Source: Phoronis australis (taxonomy: Eukaryota; Animalia; Phoronida). From it: a DNA stretch of 64,000 nt. Below the pieces are notes generated by a model. The model saw only the letters and a list, made by a program, of their open reading frames with translations, was not told where the DNA came from and made no database searches. Shown one piece after another: positions 38,101-51,258 of this stretch. The stretch covers positions 202,485-266,484 of the forward strand of contig NMRA01000561.1 of NCBI GenBank assembly GCA_002633005.1. Reading direction: 5' to 3'. A program made the position numbers and the translations under genes. How positions within the stretch are numbered: position 1 is the stretch's first letter; every line of letters begins with the position of its first letter.

Positions 38101-41100
38101 TGACTTAGCTAAGACAAATCTTAAATTTTTATTAGTTAATTTTAAAATACAAGTTAAATTTGTCTCAAAACCAATTCAAGAAAGAGATCTTAAATTTGAC
38201 TTAAGTGTGTGTCATAAGTTTAGTCTTAATTTTGACTAACTTACCGAATGTGGAAGTTTCAAAGTTTGGAATTTAAGACAAATCTTAAACTTAAGTCAAA
38301 AATGAACTTAAGACAGTTTCTTGGAACAGGACCCTGAAAATTTTGTCTGAGGGAACATGGTAGTGGAGACCCTATTGGGAATGTTTCATGCACCTGTCCA
38401 TTGGATTGAAATCTCTTGAAAATGTTTTAACGTAATTTCAACACCTTAGCAAAGAGAAACCCTAATGCAAATTTCTAGACTGATATAGCTGAACAGTCTA
38501 GTGACTTGCAGATCTAAAAAAAAATTCACGAAGATGAATGACTATGAATACTTACTGATCAGATCGTATATCTTTAACAATAATTGAACCATCGTCTTGA
38601 CACAGGACTAGAGAGCTTGGTGACAGGAAGTCAAAGTGCATCACTCGATTGTCAAAATCCTCAGGTGATCTGAACACCTACAGATGAAGAAAATAGAACT
38701 GAATTTTGGCCTTCATTTTCTTTATAACATCACAAGCAGAACAACCAAAATGAATGTACAAAATGTGTAATTCAAATTCCATGCGAATGTATTCTAAAAC
38801 TAGGGGTCAACAATCTGATCAGAAACAGGCAACATAAACACCACATTTAAGCGACGAGGAATAAAATAGATCAGCTGTAAATCAACCACCCGTGAATTAA
38901 AAGTCAGAGGCTAAATACAACAAAGTCAAGTAAATCTTGTCAGTGCAAGACTGAGGACAAAATATGAAATTAAAATTACAGCAAATGAAACAATGAAAAC
39001 TTCATATCAACATGGTCTTCTTTTTTTAACTATTTAGAGTTGAGAGCATACAGAAGTGCCTTTCGCTTGTCTCACTTTCTCATTCTTGAGTGCCACGTTG
39101 ACAGGGACGAAACACACGTTCACAAAGTGATGTGACTTTGGACATTTTGTTGGGAATTGTTAAATTATAGAAGCCATCATGAAGATGGTCACAAACAATT
39201 CATGAAAAATGTTGAAAAAATCTCACTGCATTAAATCTCTAAAATAACCGCAGGATGTTGTCCACAAACTACTCTACTGCCATATGGTGGCAAGATACAT
39301 TTCATAACGTCACCGTTATATAATAAAATGAACTTTTTCCAAGATCATCGAAAAAGTGCACTGTGTTTTCCACATTCATTAGCTTAGTAAGTACTACAAA
39401 GTATGTTACCTCGACAAACTGGGTGACACCGAGGTCCATGCATTTCAATGTGCCATCATAACTGCCACTAAATAACTGTCTGTCATCACTTGGACTGTAC
39501 AGAAGACAGTTGATAGGACGAGAGTGGGGTTCAAAGGTCAGGACATTTGATGAGCTCTACAAAGACACCTAAATAGTATATCAACTGAAGACTGAGCAAC
39601 TAGAAAATTCTCTTTATTGCATTCAGTTCAAATAGGAAAAATAAAAGAAACTATTGAATGATGTTAAATCCAACAAAGTGAGAATGGCACCAGCAATACA
39701 GCATGTATCACTAGGAAAATATTACAACTGTCAAAATTTAATTTGCTTATTTCTCTTCTTGATTTCCAATAAAACGTACAGTAAGTTACGACATAACTTA
39801 TTAGATAACAGTCAGATTTGCAATAGTTTCTGACAAAATTTCCAGAAGCGACACTTAATTTGTGTGATAATCTCTGCTTCCAGTTGTATTCATTTTGCAA
39901 TGAAAGTAGTTTCTAGTTTTGCTAAATTTTACTTAAAAGTTATAATCACTTGAATCTTAACGGTACATTTGTACGTACTTAACAATTTGTCAAGTGTTAC
40001 AGGTTTTAAGATGTACCAAATAAATCAATATACCTCATCATAGAATCCTAACTGCCCCCACTTGTCTCCGGCACAAACTAATATTTTTGCAGTGGTCGGG
40101 TGAAAGGCAAGTGAAAAAGCCCGGTTTTTAACAACTTTGACGACGCGCTCCTCAGTTAAGCAAATGGATGAGAGAGAACTGTATGAACTAAAAAAGAACA
40201 CAAAATAAAAGATACTGGCAAGGAGATGTTTGGCAGATGTACACATAGTATGACGGTAGAATAAAACATAGTATCATGGTATAATAACACATAATATGAT
40301 GGTAGAATAACTAGAGTTCAGTCAAGTGCACTTTGATAGTCACACAAAAACAGTGAACATGACAGTTGATCAAGAAATTCTGTTCCTAAATAAGAAAAGA
40401 ATCAATAAGAAAGTTTAAGAAGAGAGTGTTAGTGACCCTCTTTAAATGCAAAATGTGACGAGCAGTTTCCAAGGATTCCAAGAAAAACTCCCCTGCTGGT
40501 TAAATACTTATCTTTTGAAAATTCAAAGCAAATAGGATGTCACATCTATGTAAGACACCACTTGTACAAATAGGATGTCACATCTATGTAAGACACCACT
40601 TGTACAAATAGGATGTCACATCTATGTAAGACACCACTTCTACAACATTAATACTTTAGTTCCACATTTTGTAAGGAAAGCATTAATTTGGCAGACAACA
40701 AGGGGCCAAAACATCAAAACAATTCAAATTAATGTTTCAATGTTCTGGCAGAAAAAAAATGCAACTTAATGTTAATTAAGACAAATAAAGGCTATAGTAT
40801 GTTGATATCTTCAGAAATGGAGATCATTTTAATAACAAATTTGACATGTTTTAATTGATCTTTAAGACAGAGCACAATAATGTGGTTGATGACAGAATAC
40901 AGATTGTTCACAACATGGGCCAGTTTCATAAAATCTAACTTAGACGTAAGACAGAAATTTGGTCTTACACCCCCACTTCACAATTGCAGAGATAAGATTT
41001 AAACCAAGTAATTGTGAGTGCATTACAGTCAAGAAATAACATAGAGAAATTATGAAGTAAGTAACAAGCAGTTATGTGTACACTCGGCGACTGCACTATT

Positions 41101-44100
41101 AAAGCAAGATTTAGTTATTTTTCTGAAATACTTGTGTGGAATACCAAAGTGTTGTTAGAGTTGTTCGATTGACTGTGTTTGGTTGAAACACTTCCCGTTC
41201 TGTATTTGTTAACCTGTTAAACTTACGATACACTGCCTAGTTCATCTAGCAGAGCCTAAGGATAACTTACGATACACTGCCTAGTTCATGTAGCAGAGCC
41301 TAAGGATAACTTACGATACACTGCCTAGTTCATNTTAATGTTTCAATGTTCTGGCAGAAAAAAAATGCAACTTAATGTTAATTAAGACAAATAAAGGCTA
41401 TAGTATGTTGATATCTTCAGAAATGGAGATCATTTTAATAACAAATTTGACATGTTTTAATTGATCTTTAAGACAGAGCACAATAATGTGGTTGATGACA
41501 GAATACAGCTTGTTCACAACATGGGCCAGTTTCATAAAATCTAACTTAGACGTAAGACAGAAATTTGGTCTTACACCCCCACTTCACAATTGCAGAGATA
41601 AGATTTAAACCAAGTAATTGTGAGTGCATTACAGTCAAGAAATAACAGAGAAATTATCAAGTAAGTAACAAGCACTTACGTGTACACTCGGAGACTGCAC
41701 TTTTGCTATTAAAGCAAGATTTAGTTATTTTTCTGAAATAGTTGTGTGGAACACCAAAGTGTTGTAAGTGTTATTCGATTGACTGTGTTTGGTTGAAACA
41801 CTTCCCGTTCTGTATTTGTTAACCTGTTAAACTTACGATACACTGCCTAGTTCATGTAGCAGAGCCTAAGGATAACTTACGATACACTGCCTAGTTCATG
41901 TAGCAGAGTCTAAGGATAACTTACGATACACTGCCTAGTTCATGTAGCAGAGCCTAAGGATAACTTACGATACACTACCTAGTTCATCTAGCAGAGCCTA
42001 AGGATAACTTACGATACACTGCCTAGTTCATCTAGCAGAGCCTAAGGATAACTTACAATACACTGCCTAGTTCATGTAGCAGAGCCTAAGGATAACTTTC
42101 CCTTTTCATGAAACACACCACTGCTGACATTTTTTGAGCTTATTCAATGCGTCAGACATCTTTTCAAAGATAAAGATTTTTCACTCATTTTATATTATTT
42201 TAAAAATCTACCAATAACTCTCAAATAATATTCATAGCCAGGAAAATAAAGGAAATTGATTAAAATAATGACTTCACAAAAGGTAATGTTCCCCTTTATG
42301 AAATAACCAGCACACAAACCTGGTACATTTGACAACTTTCTTGGATCTAGATAAATTTTGGAGGGATACCAAGAACTTGTCCACGACTTCATCAGCTATT
42401 TCACTGATGACCGACTCCTTAATGACCAGTGGGTTGGGCTTCCGAGGCTAGAAAATCAACAAGTAATACTTTAGCTTACTCATACCTTAATACACAATAA
42501 CAAAATAACAGCAACCCGGAATATGTGGGGAAACAAAATTATATGAGGGTTCAACATTATTCAATGAAGCATACACAGAACAAATAAAAATTGGAAATGC
42601 TGCATTTCATGTAGAAACACTGTATCAGCCATCATGATGCCTGGCATCTACTGAAAACAATGCTCTATTGTATATCAGCCATTGTAATGCCTAACATCTA
42701 CTGACAACACACTGTTGTGGTATTTGCTCTCCATACAGAGCAAAAAGCATAACATCAGCTTTCCACAACATCACAGCTTGCTTCTCAATCACACCTAAAG
42801 GAACACTATCACTTTACACCCAAAATGCACTTTTCCGTTTATTGTCTGACGCGATAGATTTCTTGAACACTTTAGGTTTGACCACATCTATACAACAAAA
42901 TTCTAAGTTCTCCACCCTACATATCTAGCACTGAACAATGTTTTGAGGAATTGCAGGCATCCATGATGGAATAAGAAATCATTAACAAGTGAAAAAAGAT
43001 CAAAAGTGGCAATTTATTTTGTCCATAATTTCCTGACTTGATTTTTACATAACAATACTGATACTACTCATGTTACAAGGCAGTAAGTACTAATACTTAC
43101 ATGAAGGTCCTCCACTATCGACCACTCATGTTACAAGGCAGCAAATATACTATTGATACTTACATGAAGGTATTCCACTATCGACCACTCATGTTACAAG
43201 GCAGCAAATATACTATTGATACTTACATGGAGGTCCTCCACTATCGACCATTCATGTTACAAGGCAGCAAGTATACTATTGATACTTACATGAAGGTCCT
43301 CCAATATTGACCACTCATGTTACAAGGCAGCAAGTATATTATTGATACTTACATGGAGGTCCTCCACTATCGACCATTCATGTTACAAGGCAGCAAGTAT
43401 ACTATTGATACTTACATGAAGGTCCTGCACTATTGACCACTCATGTTACAAGGCAGTAGGTTCACTATTGATACTCACATGAGGGTCCTCCACTATTGAC
43501 CACTCGTGCCCCAAGGCAACGGGTACAGGCTGACCCTCTGGATCAATTCGCTGTATTCTCAAGCTGGACCTACGAGGCAGGGACTCAGTGACCTTGGGCT
43601 TCTTTCTGAAATGAAAACATACCAGTTCCAACAAAATTTGGTGAAGATGTTTGTGAAACAAAATAATCGATAAACGATGTTCTGACCCCAAAATCTTGCT
43701 GTACCATTCGAAAACCGTAGATGGTGACAGAAAGCTCAACTGACTGTTATCATCTGAACAAAAATTATTGTTAGCATTTTAGGTGGACCACTGGTGCTAT
43801 AGTCTTTAACAGGATCACATGATACATAACAGAAGTTGGACAACATATCAGGCTGAAAGAGTGTCAGTAAAGCGTATAATTATCAAAAACAAAACCACAA
43901 ACCAATGTAAAGTACTGCTCTACCCATGGTCTGCACTGTACGAGAACCCACCGTTTTACAACTAGTAAAACTCTCATGTTTGCACACTGGGCCAATAAAT
44001 TGTTAGCCATTGTTTCCAGCACAATCTCTGAACTCCCGCTTGTTGAGATGACTCTTTCATTCTAACGATACCTCAGATCATCCCAAGTCCATAATTACCG

Positions 44101-47100
44101 CCGAGAGATTTCAAGGAACTAGTTTTGAAATACTGCAGACGTGACAAGGACTCTGTTTCACAAAAGGCAAGTTCCATGAGTTGGCATTGGTCATTGTTGC
44201 ATAATATATATGTACAAGGAACCGTGCAAGGGGAGTATCTTGTTGTATATATCTAATATATCTAAGTATGTACAAGGAGCCATGCAAGGGGGAGTATCTC
44301 ATTTCTGGTTTGAGTAAGCTACACACTGCATTGAAAATTGACGACAGGTGGATTAATTTGTCAGTTAAGCTTTTGTGTTCTATTAAACTGAAGTATACAT
44401 TTTTGTTGCATAACTAAACTATACAATTTGTGTTGCAAATAAAAGCATGCATATATCTCTCCCACTCTTAGGCAATCATCATATCAAAGATAAACACAAA
44501 ATTCTCGATGGAAAATAAAATGTACATACAGCACACATCACGAATTTTTGGCCGACCGGTCGGAAATTGGTCGACGACCGGCCGTCGACCGGTCGTCTAG
44601 CCGACCAGCAGCCGACCAACAACGGTCGGCTAGGAGCCGTCTACTGAGTCGCCTCTGTGGTCGGCACTTGGGTCGGCTAAGTGGTCGCCTAGCGTAGACG
44701 ACCAATTCGGATTAAGCGTGTCCTTGGTCGGCAATTACCATTTTATGACTTAACGGGTGAACTTTGGCCAAACAAACATTTTACTGTTCGCTGTTCGTTC
44801 ACCACTGGCAACTCAGGTCTTGACATCGGTTTATAAAGTTTTGTTCAACTATTGAAAGGAAATAAAATCGAATCAACCTACAAATACGAAGTGCGTGACA
44901 TTACACCAGCCTAAAACTTTATGTTGAATTAATGACGGCGTGGTAAAATCAAACGTTAAGTGATATCGCGGAAGCATAATTTCTAAATTTAGATATGAGA
45001 CTTTTTATACAGTACATTTTGCACAAAAACAAGCACGAAATNAAAAATAAAACTACAAACCAATGTAAAGTACTGCTCTACCCATGGTCTGCACTGTACG
45101 AGAACCCACCGTTTTACAACTAGTAAAACTCTCATGTTTGCACACTGGGCCAATAAATTGTTAGCCATTGTTTCCAGCACAATCTCTGAACTCCAGCTTG
45201 TTGAGATGACTCTTTCATTCTAACGACACCTCAGATCATCCCAAGTCCATAATTACCGCCGAGAGATTTCAAGGAACTAGTTTTGAAATACTGCAGACGT
45301 GACAAGGACTCTGTTTCACAAAAAGCAAGTTCCATGAGTTGGCATTGGTCATTGTTGTATAATATATATGTACAAGGAACCGTGCAAGGGGAGTATCTTG
45401 TTGTATATATCTAATATATCTAATATGTACAAGGAACCATGCAAGGGGGAGTATCTCATTTCTAGTTTGAGTAAGCTACACACTGCATTGAAAATTGACG
45501 ACAGTTGGATTAATTTGTCAGTTAAGCTTTTGTATTCTATTAAACTGAAGTACACATTTTTGTTGCATAACTCAACTATACAATTTGTATTGCAAATAAA
45601 AGCATGCATATATCTCTCCCACTCTTAGGCAATCATCATATCAAAGATAAACACAAAAATTCTCGATGGAAAATAAAATGTACATATTACTTGAGTGCCA
45701 TTTCAACGTGTTATGCCAACATGGTGTTTTCATACTACAACAAAAATTGTAGACTCACTGTTTGAACTCTTTCTTGGGTTTTGACACTTTGTTTGCTTTA
45801 AATAATTCTTCCTTAGCCTGAAATAAAAACATGGTTTGCACTGATTAGCTTTATGCAAGTAGATGCTCAGTACAGTAATTTCCCGATACCATGTTCAGTA
45901 CAGTAATTTACCAATACCACATAAATTTTGAGGATTTTTACCTAGAACAGAGTGCAAAAACTAAAAATGCTCTAAAGTTGAAGTATGATGGTGGAGTGTT
46001 ATCAAATACGCTAAAATACACACAAATTGTTTATATTTTAAATATTTAAAATCATACGTTGAGGCACACAGTTGCCAGGTAAAGTATTCAAGACTTCATG
46101 TGTGAAAAAGCCCACATAAGGGTTTTGGTTGAAATACATACCCCATTGACCTGGGTATATAGCTCATATCATGTCTAACATTTTAAACTCAGACCCTGAA
46201 TTAGAATTAGAATCGTTTTGAATTTGAGTCAAACCTTGATGTTGGAAAGATTAGAGGCCATTGCATCAACAGCAATTTGACAGGTAAGCACTCCACTAAT
46301 ATTTCTTCAAAACAAGGGAGTCAAAAAACTTGACTTTCGTTCGGAATTTGGAAAAGCTGTGGACCTATCATCTGACTGAATGTAGTTGAACAGTACTATC
46401 TCCAGTGCTTTTATTTCTTAATTTTTAAACAGGTCCTGGATTTTCTTTTGACTACTCAAAACATGTTCTCTCACATATAATTTAACACTGGCCTGCAAGA
46501 AGCCAAAAGTTACAGGGGCAGAAACAAATCAATTCAACTTTTCCAAACTAGCCTCCTTCCCATCGCCACCTCCAACCCCCAACCCACATTTCAACACCTA
46601 GAGTTCAAATTCAAATCTCTTTGATCACTGATTCTGTGCAGGCTTACTGCATGGTTACACCAGTCAGTCATGACATGCCCTACCTGTGTAGTATACAAGG
46701 GAATGGCAAGCAAACGTTTCAGTTTTGAAAATCATTGTGCAATACTACTGGAAACTAAAAACATAGAGGAAGTGCAAAGATAACCTTTCCAAGTTAATGT
46801 AATTTACCTTTTTATACCCAACCTGCCTTAATCATGTCATTGTTTTCATTGTCGTAAATACTCTCACTGTTTAGAGTCATCTCTTTATTTATTTCATCTC
46901 TCTTAGTTAAATTTCCGCCATTCGTCCTTTAATTATTGTCTTAATTCTCAACTTGTTTTAATAGTATCTTTGTTACGGGCATTCAATTGTATCTTATTTG
47001 CCAAGTTCCATGGCCATTCATCGTGAAGCTTGGTATCTATCAAATGCAAAATACTAAGAAAAACAAAACTGCCACATGCAATACCCATAACGTGTCCTCA

Positions 47101-50100
47101 CCTCAGTTGTACTTACCTCAACGGAAACACAAGCCAAGTTTTATGAAGACCAGTTAGAAGAACTTGTATTGAGCTGCAGCTCAAAAATAAAAATGCCACA
47201 AGAGGGCACTACTGCAGTCAGGTCCATTCAAAAATCACTCTCGCTGCTAGCCATGTACTTCACAGAGTGACCACATGCTAATTTTAGAGTGATTTGGCAG
47301 AAAAAACATCAACAATCTGGCTAAAATGCAGTAAAATCAACCTCAAGGTGACCCACAATATGCCAAAAAAGTTGTCTCATCTATTTGTCATACATCATAG
47401 CCAAATTTCATGAAAATCTGTCAACTGAAGGATCTTCAAAGATACAGAAAAAATGCAAAAAGGAGGCAGAGTGGCCGCTGGATCCGTCCATAAGTCTTTG
47501 ACCTTTAATGTCAATTTCATAGAAATACATTGGCCAAACTTAAACATGTTCCTGCAAGGGGTTCATGAGATACAGCAGTAGACACAAAAAATGCCACTAG
47601 GAGGCGACAAAGTAGTTGGAGACAACCAAAAATCCTCATCACGATCTCTTCCCAGTATGAACACATACAAATTTTCATAATTAATCACCCTTAGTTTGCC
47701 CAACAGAAAAACGGATGCCACAAATCTCTCGGAAACAATAAAAATGGACACCAGGTGACACTGAATAAATTTCGTTGAACCAATTTGAAAACAAGAATGC
47801 ATCGTCACTTCCTAAATAGATACCAACAATCAAATTTCATGGAAATCTGCCAACAAACTAAGATACATTTAGGTCAACATCAAAAACTAAAATCACCACG
47901 CCTATGGAGCACACCGGTAGCATGACACCTATTATAAACACAACAACATTTGACCATTTTAATTTTAACATTTATATAAGGCTTTAAAAATCATTAAGAA
48001 GTGAAACTCAAACAGCTGATGTGTCCCCTTTGGTCATTATTTATCACCAGAAAACAGCATCAACTGCCTATATAAGAATTGGGACAGTGGACAAGTAAAA
48101 ACAGATCCATGGTTATGAAAGAAGGGATGAAATTTTAAAAGCTGTTGGTATCTATACATGTCATATTTTATTCTATTCAATGCTGCGCAAGATTTTGGCG
48201 GAACCTCTGAGTTGAGCTACATGACTTGTGCTTGTGCTCTCAAACAGCTGAAAGGGTCAATGAAAGTAAAACATAAACAATACTAAAATTTAGTGATTTA
48301 CATCAACTTTGGTCTGTGGTAAATTGAGATGCATCAGTGCTAACAGTGGTGTATTGGTTTTTGTTCAGATATTTTCATAATATAAAGACTTTTATTAAAC
48401 CTGGAACATGGCTAATTTCCTGAGCAAGAGTGGAGACAAAATTGAGCCAACTGAAATTGGGTGTTTTCACGCAACCCAAGTCATGTACCCAGATTACTGC
48501 ATTTTGCCTGATTTTTCTGTGTAGGCACTCTTGAGTGCACATTTTCAAGTCCGTTAAGACGACCTATGCTGCAAATACGGAGACCCAGCATAATAACAAC
48601 ATCCTGGCCAAGGCCCTCAAAGGGTAAACCATGCACTAATACTAAGTTGTCAAATGTTCTCTTGAATTTCTCTCTTTTATGTATTCGCAGTCTTTTTTTC
48701 TCGACCGTCCCTGGCCCCGCACCTATGTCAATTGCCACTGTTTAATTCTGATGCAAATTTTTTGAGTAGAAACGTGTACCCTACAGTCCCCACTTCCTAT
48801 TGCCCTGTAACACGTAAACTAAGTCAACAAACTGTTTTGGACAACTTTAATGGATATTATCATGGTAGCTACAGGTGGAATGCTCATGATTGAAGACTTA
48901 CAACAGACCAGGCATTAGTTGTTGTCAGTAGCTACAGGGCACCAAGTCGACTAACTTTCAATTGTATTTAGGAACACTTTGACGCATAAGTTTAATCTTG
49001 AGTGAGAAACAGTTCTGTGGTAATGAATAAATACAATCCAGTTAGAATACCAATTATAAAATAAAAGATTGAAAAAACAACAAAAACCTTTAGAATGCCA
49101 AGACTGGCGAGGAATTCTGCGTTCTCCTTCAGATTCTGAATCCTCCTCTCTTCAAATGCTGACTTTCCACTGTACTGAAAATGATTAAGTATGACATTTC
49201 AACACAAATGTATCATATAAATTGTTTTGAATGGCAAAATTCAGTTAACAGCAAAAGACATAATGCAAGCTGCAATTGCTGTGTCCTTGTTGCGATGTCA
49301 CAACCATACATTTATTGCATTCGGGACCCGAAGTAAAGAGCACAGATAAATACAAAACATTGAGTGAAACATTTTTCTCTACGCACTGTGGCTAAACATA
49401 TAAATTTAACAATGTCTTTATAATCTTGTTGAAGTATAGGACGGGGTTATGGTGATCAAAGTGTAACCTGCCAGAGCTACACGATCGTTTGATTTGACTA
49501 GTGTGCACAAGGCCTAGCTCTTATCTAAGTGATATCAAAAAAAGTGAAGTGAAATTTGAATGAGGAACAGCTTCATGTTTAACGGGAACAATCAAACAGT
49601 AAACTACTCAAGCTACAGTGTAGCTAGCACCACTGGTTCCAAAAACCATAGTTACGGGGAGTCTTGACTCCAATGTATTTTGAAACATGTGCTCGAGGAA
49701 AAACAAATGCCACATTTCAGACAGCGATTTATGTTTTTGCAACGTTTGAAATACCATCATTTCCAAAGCAAAAAGTAAATAAACAAATCCCAAACATTTT
49801 GCTTATCACAAATAGATTTGGTTTTTTGAAAAAGGAGCAAAAAAAAATACCACACCGCCAAATTGATTTACAAAAAACAGACTAGAGCCAAATATGCATT
49901 TTCGGTTTTACCTGGCTATTTTGATAGTCAGCTTCCTGGTCAGACAAGATTGATCCAGTCAAAGGATTCTTTTCTTTCTGGGCATCTTCTGTCTTTTCAA
50001 GCTTAACCACAACATTCATGTTCTAAATGAAACACAGATTATGTTAAATATTGCATGGCACACATGAAATGGCTTGATATGACAAGGTACGATTAAATAT

Positions 50101-51258
50101 AGTAAGGATGGGTTAGGCTTTTGAGACAGTGAAATTCTCCCGGTACAGTGAAATTCTCCCTCCCAAATTGAGAACATTACGTTTTCCTGTTGCTCCCAAC
50201 TTGTTCGATTCTATAGCCCAACAACAAGTTGGGAAGATCACCCATGTAGCCAATATCTTACACAACCAATTAACTCCATTCTGACATTTATGGTTGGAGG
50301 GCAGGCTCTCTTTTGTTCGATAATTGCATTAATCTCCGATCAGATCCTATCTAGCCTGACTGGGCTGTGCTGCTAGAATTCGAAAGTTATGTTATAACAT
50401 ATTTAAACATGACAGCGTTTTCCCGTTCAGTGAATTTACCAGGCGTAGGGGGTTCTGAGCGTGTGATAACATCTAGCTTCTTTGTTAACTGCTAAGCACA
50501 CTCTTTTGTCTGTTATGACAACAAGCAGGCCACTTACCTACCAGGCTTATTACAGACCACGTGTGAACACAGTCAAACTCAAGAAATTAGATTGTCGTAA
50601 CTTCGGTTGCAGTTGAAAGATTTTGGCGATTCAAAAACTAAACTTGATCACCATTTGACGAAGATTTCAGAAATGCCATTGGTTTATGTTCAAATATGTT
50701 ATAACTTAACTTTTATTTTTAACAGCACAGCCCAGTCAGGGTAGATAGGATCTTGGAGATTAGAGCTATTAATGAAAAAGAGAGCTGGCCCTCCGTCCAA
50801 CCGTAAATGCCAGAATGGAGTTAATCAGATGTGTATATAAAAAGATATTGGCTATGGGTAAACTTCCCAACTTGTTGTTGGTCTATAGAATCGAACATAA
50901 ACCAATAGCATTACTGAATTCCTTGTCAAATGCTGATCATGTTTAGTTTTTGAATCACCAAAATCGCCCAACTACAACAGAAGTTAAGACAATCCATTCT
51001 GCCAGGTTTCAGTAACCCTTTGAAGCCTGGGAGATAATTGGTCTACTTGTTGTCATACGGGACAAAAGACTGTACTGGGCAGTTAACAAAGGAGCCAGAT
51101 GTCATCGCACGTTCAGAACCCCTCACGTCGGGAAAAGTTACTGAACGACAGAACGACAGAACGCCGTCATGAGTTGTTACCATGTCTTTAAGACGCTTGT
51201 TTCCCGATTCCACAGTAGTTGCATAACTTGCACGCGTTCTTTTCCGGGTAGAAGTCAT
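32131..51258 (-). CDS. WDR76: WD repeat-containing protein 76 (CMR1 homologue), ~519 aa
   Basis: Exons 51258-51181, 50022-49912, 49174-49088, 45817-45759, 43605-43479, 42447-42320, 40187-40034, 39556-39410, 38677-38556, 36368-36267, 35247-35098, 34027-33980, 33522-33423, 32277-32131 are in phase. Motifs: SAFEERRIQNLKENAEFLASL, RRSSLRIQ, FSLAFHP...AGDKWGQLG, SAYFSP, HDNHVGRWLTNFRPTWHP, VCSLNTFHP...AGVNSSGRVHVF. The first two exons are less certain. Confidence 0.93.
33261..33440 (-). repeat. 20-bp tandem array (GTRTGAATAGACCGCGTCAG on the sense strand) x9 at a WDR76 exon/donor junction
   Basis: Units start every 20 nt from 33261 to 33421; the 33421 unit is the exon 3' end plus the donor GT. 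Confidence 0.96.
34356..34645. repeat. 32-bp minisatellite (TAATGTTTGACTGTTGTTTGATGCCAGCTCAA), ~9 copies, mid-intron
   Basis: Tandem units read directly. Confidence 0.92.
37991..38336. mobile_element. Degenerate MITE (Harbinger-like) with internal CTTAAG/TAAGAC motifs
   Basis: Right end TTCTTGGAACAGGACCCTG, weak left end CAGGGACGTG, and repeated TAAGACAAATCTTAAA. Confidence 0.4.
40530..40640. repeat. ~38-bp tandem triplication
   Basis: AATAGGATGTCACATCTATGTAAGACACCACTT occurs three times. Confidence 0.9.
40729..41943. other. Direct duplication across a single N (41334): probable haplotype overlap artefact
   Basis: 40729-41333 recurs at 41335-~41943 with scattered SNPs and small indels. Confidence 0.8.
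41831..42097 (-). repeat. 44-bp minisatellite x6 (partial second copy at 41221-41333)
   Basis: Plus-strand unit ACTTACGATACACTGCCTAGTTCATGTAGCAGAGCCTAAGGATA, period 44. Confidence 0.95.
43060..43505 (-). repeat. 63-bp tandem array x~7 duplicating a WDR76 exon 3' end plus donor
   Basis: Donor GT positions are 43478 (GTGAGT, real), then 43415, 43352, 43289, 43226, 43163 and 43100 (GTAAGT), exactly 63 nt apart. Confidence 0.96.
43885..45686. other. Direct duplication across a single N (45042): probable haplotype overlap, one copy carrying an insertion
   Basis: 43885-44528 recurs at 45043-45686 with SNPs. Confidence 0.8.
44529..45041. mobile_element. Left end of a DNA transposon inserted after TA, truncated by the contig end
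   Basis: Begins CAGCACACATC after TGTACATA and has dense GGTCG/CGACC subterminal repeats at 44550-44735. The duplicate copy shows the empty site TGTACATA|TTAC. Confidence 0.7.
50202..51035. repeat. Two interleaved inverted-repeat pairs in WDR76 intron 1
   Basis: A 50202-50410 pairs with A' 50685-50897; B ~50533-50662 pairs with B' 50920-~51035. Confidence 0.75.

Noticed and set aside
43101-43310. Plus-strand 21-aa repeat ORF (MKVLHYRPLMLQGSKYTIDTY)n
   Set aside because: Antisense reading of the 63-bp donor array; no independent coding evidence.
10245-43505. Tandem arrays as CRISPR-like loci
   Set aside because: The units are head-to-tail with no unique spacers, there are no cas genes, and the context is eukaryotic introns.
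47390-47940. CAAATTTCATG/TGACCTT motifs suggestive of a Helentron-associated repeat
   Set aside because: Too degenerate to define unit, ends or family.
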